A stretch of 64,000 bases of DNA from Octopus vulgaris (taxonomy: Eukaryota), in NCBI GenBank assembly GCA_951406725.2, contig OX597822.1, forward strand, positions 113,956,001-114,020,000, in the 5' to 3' direction. Below the pieces are notes generated by a model. The model was not told the origin of the DNA and did no database searches. It saw only the letters and a list, made by a program, of their open reading frames with translations. Each line of letters opens with the position of its first letter. The first letter of the stretch is position 1. The translations under genes were made by a program, and so were the position numbers. Below, in pieces: positions 57,001 to 64,000 of this stretch.

Positions 57001-59077
57001 GTGATCAGAGATGCACATATCGTCAGCCACTAAGGGACATGCTCAACTGGTTAAGGTCAAACAACTGACAAGCAAATCTGTGGTACTGAGCAGAATATTT
57101 ACTGTAGCCCATCTTTTATACCAAGACAAAACAATGTATGTGATAACACTTCCAATCAGTTAAGATCAGAAGTGAGGAGAGCCACTGTTTGGTACTGCAT
57201 CATCATTATTATTATTATTATTATTATTATTGGTTTGACTCAGGTTCATTCTTAATTCAAGTAGAATTTATGTTCGTAGCAGGTTGCTACCTGTAACCTT
57301 AGGTATCCACAATCTTTCAGTAGTCTTTCAACAAGTGCTTAAGACCCTCCTGATAATCTTTTCAGTCCCTAAGAGACATTCTATTCCAATCTCCTTCAAC
57401 CATTTGTCTATATCTTTGCTTACAGTTCCTAATGCACCAATTATTATAGGCACAACCATTATAGTTTTCATATTCCAAATTCTTGCAATTTCAAATTTTA
57501 AAGGATTGTATTTCTTTATTTTTCATCTTCTTTCTTTATAATCCTGGAATCAAACAGACATGATGGATCAATTAGTAAGCAACTTTGTTTTTCCTTGTCT
57601 ATTATTTTCCAGCTTCTTGTCCATTTGAATAGGAAAATCTCACAGAATCTCACAATTCTCAAACTCCTGCATTCTTTTGACTCGATGTTCATATCATATC
57701 ATCAACTTCAAATCCCCATTTCTGGCAAGGCTTTCACTGTAAAACTTTCACAACTTGGTCATGCCTCCATTCTTCCTGTGTCAGCTTGGGAAATCCTGCT
57801 ACAATGTGTGCCACTGTCTTGTTCCAAGTTCCACAGGCTCTACATTTTTCTGACACATTCTCTCCATATACATTTTTCCTGAAATTGCTTGCTTTTATTG
57901 CTTAATCCTGGGCTGCTACATTTAGGCTCTCTGTTTTTTAATTGCCCCATTTTTTAATCAAGTCGAGGATATTGTTCCACATATATCTTCAAAATTGACC
58001 CTGCAGAGGTTTTTCTTCAATCTCTCTAATAAGCTCTCTTTGAATTTCATTCTTGTCCTTTTCTCCAATTCCACACTTGATTGTGTTCCTTATTTACAGT
58101 CTTTGTGTTGTTCTGTAAATATTCTAGTAAGCTTTTTCTTTTCATCTGTACACATTCTTCCATGGCAATTAAGCCTCTTCTATTCTGGTCTCTCTCCAAG
58201 TACAGCCAGTTGATATCAGCTTTCAGATGGTGGGCTCCATACATTGTCAACAGCTCTCTAATTTTTCTGTCATTATTATTTCATGATATCCCACTGATGT
58301 CAGCAACACTGACTTATTTTTATATTAAACTCCCATTTATTACAATTTTCACAAATTAAAGTAATTCATTTGAACCAATTAACTGCAATAAACAGAACCT
58401 TCCTGTACAGGTTTATAAACCTTCTGGTAATAGCAGCAAAATCTCTGTCAATTCATATTTTACACTCTTAAGTTAGGAAGGACACTTTAGATAATGTAGT
58501 CATAGGTACAATATGCCAGAGTAAAACATGGAATATTATTTATAGATTGAATACCTTTAATTAAAAACGATAAACGTCGCCCTTTTCAAGCCTAGCCAGT
58601 CTCAGGGGCCCAGTTTCCGTGGCGTATGTGTTCCCCCCAGCTAGATGGGACGCCAGTCCATTGCAGCGTTACTCAAGAAACAGGAAGAGAGAATGAGAGA
58701 AAGTTGTGGCGAAAGAGTACAACAGGGGTCGCCACCACCCCTTGCCGGAACCTTGTGGAGCTTTAGGTGTTTTCACTCAATAAACACACACAATGCCCGG
58801 TCTGGGAATCGAAACTGCAATCCTCTGACTGCAAGTCCGCTGCCCTAACCACTGGGCCATTGCGCCTCCACTCCTTTAATTAAAGATCTTACTAATTAGA
58901 GATATGCTGAAACTAGACAAAAACAACAATTAAAAGACAGTCAACTCACTTCCAGGTTTCGGTCGATATGAATCAATCTTGTAAGCACCCATGGCTTCCA
59001 TTGTTTGCCGAGTTCTTTTCCCACTGTGTAACAACAGCATTTAGTAGAAAAAATGAAGAAAAGAAGAAAACTAACAT

Positions 59078-59123
<46 letters not shown>

Positions 59124-62100
59124 AAAGAGAGTGTGTATGTGTGTGTATTGGCATTAAAAACATGACAAAAAGAACTTAGTTTACTTTGCCCAATCCAGTT
59201 GTATTTTTACTCGGTACTTTCTTGAACATCTAGTTGCTTCATTCATCATCATTGTTTAACGTCCGCTTTCCATGCTAGCATGGGTTGGACGATTTTGACT
59301 GAGGCTGGTGAACCAGATGGCTGCACCAGGCTCCAGTCTTGATCTGGCAGAGTTTCTACAGCTGGATGCCTTTCCTAACGCCAACCACTCCGAGAGTGTA
59401 GCGGGTGCTTTTTACGTGCCACTGGCATGGGGGCCAGTCAGGTGGTACTGGCAACGACCTCGGTTAAATCTTTTTACACATGCCACCGGCACACGTGCTA
59501 GTAAGGCGACGTTGGTAACTATCACGCTCGAATGGTGCCCTTTTACGTGCCAGAAACAATAAACTTTATTGACTGCTAGTAAGGACACAGTGTTTCATTT
59601 TGCAACCACACCAATACTACCAAGAATATTAAAGGCTTAAAGTCAATATTGACTTTAAATATTGTACATTACTTTTGTGTTAGCAGTGCAATGTTCTCAT
59701 CTTTAAGTTTATCTCTACAGATTTTTCTATAGAATTCAGTGCCAGCACTTGAGATTACAATGTTTTGTATACAAATACATCTATGTAGAACAATGCAATC
59801 AAAGATAGAAAATATAGGTAATGAGTGTAGATGCATATTTCAAGCGTTATTGCTCTTTCATCAGCATCCACAAATGCAATGCTTAAATACTCACTAAGTT
59901 TAGTGATATAACACTATTGGATAAACCAATTTACATATTAAACACATTCTTGGCAACTGATATGTAAATATTAATAGCTGGCATTTGCAATCATAATATA
60001 CAACCAAATATTAAAGGCTTAAAATAAACTGAATGACAAAGGCAGACCATTTCCCATAACAAAAGAAAATAAAAGTGAAAGAGGTGGTAGATGGATGGCA
60101 GGATTATTACTACAAGCTGGCAGCACGGTAGATACTGAAATGGTGAGCAGATTAAGCAGAGAACCATGGTCAGTCTATGTCTGGTCAGGCAGTGGAATAC
60201 TAAAATTCTGAAATGATGAAAGGTGTAGGGATCTAGCTTGACCCTACCTGAGATTTGAAACCAAATCCACCCGCTTGTTGCTTGTCAAAACGAATGAGCA
60301 GGAAGTCCTCTCCATACTAGAAGATTGTTGAGGAAACACTTGGTGCCCTAGGACCTGTTTAGTCCTTTGTTTAGGGTTTGACCTACATTACTGACCACAG
60401 TCTTTATAACAGAGATCAATTCCTCTTTTTTGTGTCAGCAGATCAAGGAGCAAAATGCTCTTCTACATCAGCCATGACCAAGAGCAACACTTCCCTTCAC
60501 CCTTAGCTTGATGTACAAACAGAAGCTTTTGGCTGCAAGAAAGACGATGCCATCTTTATCCTTTCTTCCTTTCTAGTCAGCACAGTGCATTCTTTACTCT
60601 TTCACTCTCTACTGACAGGCAACTTCTACATAACTACCAACTACTAACCAGTGAGCCAACCGTTTTCTACACTGTCACTACAATTACTACTGTCTTTTCA
60701 ACTCCCTGTAAGGAAAATGAATAAATGTATGTAAATAATAGTTCTTCCTTCTTGGTGTTGATTCTTTGATGTTTACTGGTACTCCGACGCAAGAATCTTC
60801 ACGCATTACACCTACACGCTACATTTGGTAGTGGGTTAAATCATATCAACTTGATATGGCATCTCACATTTAGCCCGCTACAAAAGAATGGCAAACTGTC
60901 AAGGTAAAAAAAGAAGTCTTAGTTTCTCTTTTATACAAAAGCTGCATTTAGTACTCTGCTCACCACAGATTTCATTTTATTGTGGAGTTCCATAACCCCC
61001 TGTCTTCTATCTGACTCATGTATTTCAACTGTGAAGCTAGGCGTATCCAAATGTTAAGGGAATGCATCTTCTCATCACTCATAAATATAAAAGAAAAGAA
61101 ACTTGTAAATAAGAAAAAGATTCAAGTCATCAACAGCCATCAAGACATTATCCTCAGTGGCAGTGTCGTTGTCATCATCATCATCATCATCATTGTTGCC
61201 ATTGTCATCATTTTTATGTATGCTTCCCATGTTGGCATGAGTTGTCCTGACTGGGAGTCAGTTCTTATTCTGACCCTTTTAACCCAATGTTTGCTATAAC
61301 CACTTTACAGAATGTAATGGGTGCATTTTATTATCACACCAATTATATTGAAGTCTTCTTTATTTCATTCCATCTCTTCCTAGTTTTTGTTTTGCTCTCT
61401 CTTCTACAAATTCCATTTACTTTGAATGACACCTTTCACTTCTTCTATCCCTCTGTCATACTCTACACACATCATATCCCTGCATGGCATGTAACTTATC
61501 TTGGAACTAAGTTGCCCTCCAAGACACAGTTGAAGGCTTTGCTTAAATCAAAACCAAGCTCAAGTAATTTGGTTTTTCTTCATGGGACTGTGGGCATACT
61601 GGGGCACTGCTTTCTTGGGTATAGTCAAATGATGCTTATTTTACAAGCCTTAACAAAATGGAAGGCAAAATAGAGCTTGGCAGGATTTGAACTCAGAATG
61701 TGAAGGGTCATAACCAAATATATTTTGTTTGACACTCAGCTGATTCTGCCATCCACCTGACGTGATTGAATGCATTCCTTATCCAACCTCCTTCACAATA
61801 CAACAATTTACTACATGAACATGGAAGCAAAAGTTTGTAGAGAAGATATATAAAGTCAAACGAAACAATCCTGGTGCTTTGTTTTACTGATTCTTCAGTA
61901 ATGGAAGTCAAAGTTAGCTCTTGTGAGATTTGAACCTAGATCACAGAGGGACAAAATTAAAACATTTGGTTAAGTGTTCTACAGTTTCTACAAAGGGACC
62001 ATTCTGAAAGTGAATCTCTTGACAGTCACTCGACCTATGAGAAATGGCAGCTAAGACTTCTCCAAATCACACCCAACCATCTAAAATAAGGAAAGGACAC

Positions 62101-62344
62101 ATTAGATAATTATAGCCCAACATAGTACCTAAAGAAAGGGTGGTCATGGTTGGAATGCCTTTGATCAGAGAACTGCTCAATCAGTGTTGGTCTTGGGCTA
62201 AGTAACAGCAGCAATGAATGTTAATCAAATTTCATATTTCTTACGTATAATTGTAACTAGATTTTAGTTTTGGCGGCGAATCACTCCTACACTGCTGGGG
62301 TTCACTGCTAGAAGGACTGCAGGTAACTGGTAAGCAGGCACCAT
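51099..62344 (-). CDS. C22orf23: UPF0193 protein EVG1 (C22orf23-like), 3' five exons; 5' exons not found in this window
   Basis: complement(join(51099..51233,52403..52503,54875..55015,58950..59023,62245..62344)), phase-consistent. Translation GACLPVTCSPSSS...MEAMGAY...EKEKEKLANLMTYGKE...[51 protein letters not shown] matches the UPF0193 pattern as recalled (DRFEEL..EI.ER.EFL..MEALGQGK.YR.II..EISQK.REME). Confidence 0.88.
51990..52340 (+). mobile_element. Decayed RTE-like ORF C-terminus
   Basis: IERSQ.WYYGHEIRM...PTGRRLRSR, resembling the RTE W.GHV.RM...G.R..GRP motif. Confidence 0.55.
53143..53667 (+). mobile_element. CR1-type LINE 3' fragment
   Basis: ORF 53180-53506 encodes the same C-terminal peptide; (ATT)n tail. 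Confidence 0.9.
56650..57201. repeat. Unclassified interspersed repeat; related partial copy at about 54090-54235
   Basis: Shared GATCAGAGATGCACATA...GGACATGCTCAA.TGGTTAAGGTCAAACAACTGA..AG.AAATCTGTGG; flanked by (ATT)n. Confidence 0.6.
57230..58270 (-). mobile_element. Decayed R4/Dong-like non-LTR retrotransposon 3' part (restriction-like endonuclease region)
   Basis: Minus strand: TMYGAHHLKADINWLYL.R...RRGL, AAQD, CRMC, LWDF-like, KIKKYNPLKFEIARIWNMK..VVPIIIGALGTV; (AAT)n tail at about 57203-57231. Confidence 0.75.
59826..59872 (-). ncRNA. Degenerate minimal hammerhead motif
   Basis: Minus strand: TGTGGATG CTGATGA AA GAGC aataac GCTT GAAA TA T G CATCTACA. 8-bp stem I, but G at the cleavage position. 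Confidence 0.45.
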
Positions 62345-62719
62345 CTGAAAAGTACAAAGAAATTATAGAAATTGATGCAAAACCTAAACAATATTACTAC
62401 ATACACACACACACATATTAAGCATGGTATTTGGGGGTGAAGGACGGCAAGCTGGCAGAATCGTTAGCACGCCGGGCGAAATGCTTAGTGGCATTTCGTC
62501 TGCCGTTATGTTCTGAGTTCGAATTCTGCCAAGGTCGATTTTGCCTTTTATCCTTTCGGGGTCGATTAAATAAGTACCAGTTATGCACTGGGGTCGATAT
62601 AATCAACTTAATCCATTTGTCTGTCCTTGTTTGTCTTCTTTATGTTTAGCCCCTTGTGGGTGATAAAGAAATAGGTATTTGGGGGTGATGTAGTGGCTGA
62701 TCTTGTGCCCACACTAACA

Positions 62720-63165
62720 GTCACTATATGAAATGACTCGTTAGTTCCTCAAGATTGGAGAGACAAAAGACTGATTTCACTGAACAAACGAAAAGGTGCC
62801 AAGTCCAGCTTTGGTAACTTTTATGGTATTTACTGACTTGTTGGTATGATATATTCATTCACCAGACTTTTATTGCATCAAGTGCAAACATCCATATGCT
62901 CCATCACTGTTACAGAGTCTCAATGTGGAATTAGATCTGGTTGAGATACCACAGTTATCATCATTAGTGCAGACAGTTGTTGCAGAAGAATTGCAGAGAG
63001 CAGAGACTCACACTTTACCAATTTTTCCTTTAGACATAGGGAATAGAAATGCAGAGTGAAAGATATTGGTAAAGTTCCGGTACCCAACCAAGTCTGCCAA
63101 TTTGTTTATCCAAATACACTTTGGTGTGAAGGCTGATTTCAACTCAAATGGTGATCTGTTGGCAC
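62720..63165 (+). mobile_element. Decayed RTE-like reverse-transcriptase fragment
   Basis: VPQDWRD, KG..S.FGNFYGI, ESQCGIRSG, CREQR and KILVKFRYP motifs with frameshifts. Confidence 0.65.
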
Positions 63166-64000
63166 TAATTCTTCAAGTGGAAAATGTGCTAAATTGCTGG
63201 CGCTGTGCCAAAAATTTGAAATCAGTGTTACAAAAGCATAAAGTGGTGAGCTGGCAGAAACGTTAACATGCCAAGCAAAATGCTTAGCAGCATTTTGTCT
63301 TGTCTTTATGTTCTAAGTTCAAATTCTGCAGAGGTCAACTTTGCCTTTTGTCCTTTCAATGTCAAAAAAATAAGTACCAGTTGAGTACTGAGACTGATGC
63401 AATCAACTTAGCCCTTCCCCTGAAATTGCTGGCCTTGTGCCAAAAATTGAAATCAATATTAGAAAAGCTTAAGAGACAATATCATTTAGTATTAAAAGAG
63501 AGGATCGGCAATATCTGTAGGGTGTCAGAGGAAATGGTTTGTGGTATTAATTGTGAGTTAAGTTGGCAAAGTGTTGGATCAAATATATTGTGTTAGGAAC
63601 AATGGGTTAATAAAATTAGCAGAGAATCAGATAAGAAGTCTTGTGGTCTTAAAAAACAGTTGTGTAATGCATAAAATGCCTTGTGGTATTGAAATAAGGA
63701 ATTGCCAATATCCTTAGAACATCAGACAAAATGACTGACAGTATTGCAACAGTAAATTGGTAATATTTATCTTGATAAAATGGTATTATGAGAATGTTAA
63801 TCTAACTCATCTTATAAGCAAAATAGTCAGAGTAATTATTTCATGTTATTATAGGCACTATCAGGCAAAATATTGGATGGTATAGCAAAATGCTGGATGG
63901 TGGCGTGTTGGCAGAAACGTTAGCGCGCCAGGCGAGATGCTTAGCGGTATTTTGTCTGCTGCTACGTTCTGAGTTCAAATTCCGCTGAGGTCGACTTTGC

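Overview
AT-rich eukaryotic (animal) genomic DNA. The SINE/LINE complement looks like an octopod cephalopod; this is inference from repeat style, not a database match. Three spliced genes could be assembled by hand with phase-consistent GT-AG introns. (1) A + strand GCN5/KAT2-family histone acetyltransferase (HAT + bromodomain, 4035-22506, 9 exons, about 403 aa) that appears to lack the metazoan N-terminal PCAF-homology domain. (2) A + strand iduronate 2-sulfatase (35217-47879, 8 coding exons, about 612 aa). (3) The last five exons of a - strand UPF0193/EVG1 (C22orf23-like) gene (62344-51099), convergent with IDS. Most ORF-track entries are repeat noise. Introns and spacers hold tRNA-derived SINEs, RTE, CR1 and R4-like LINE fragments, mariner/piggyBac/hAT-type MITEs and a solo LTR. 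The least expected signal is a set of minimal type I hammerhead-ribozyme motifs in small Penelope-like repeats. These include a 347-bp palindrome with one hammerhead per arm (28237-28583) and a copy with a swapped G3:C8 core pair (32052-32102). All calls were made by eye, and repeat boundaries are approximate.
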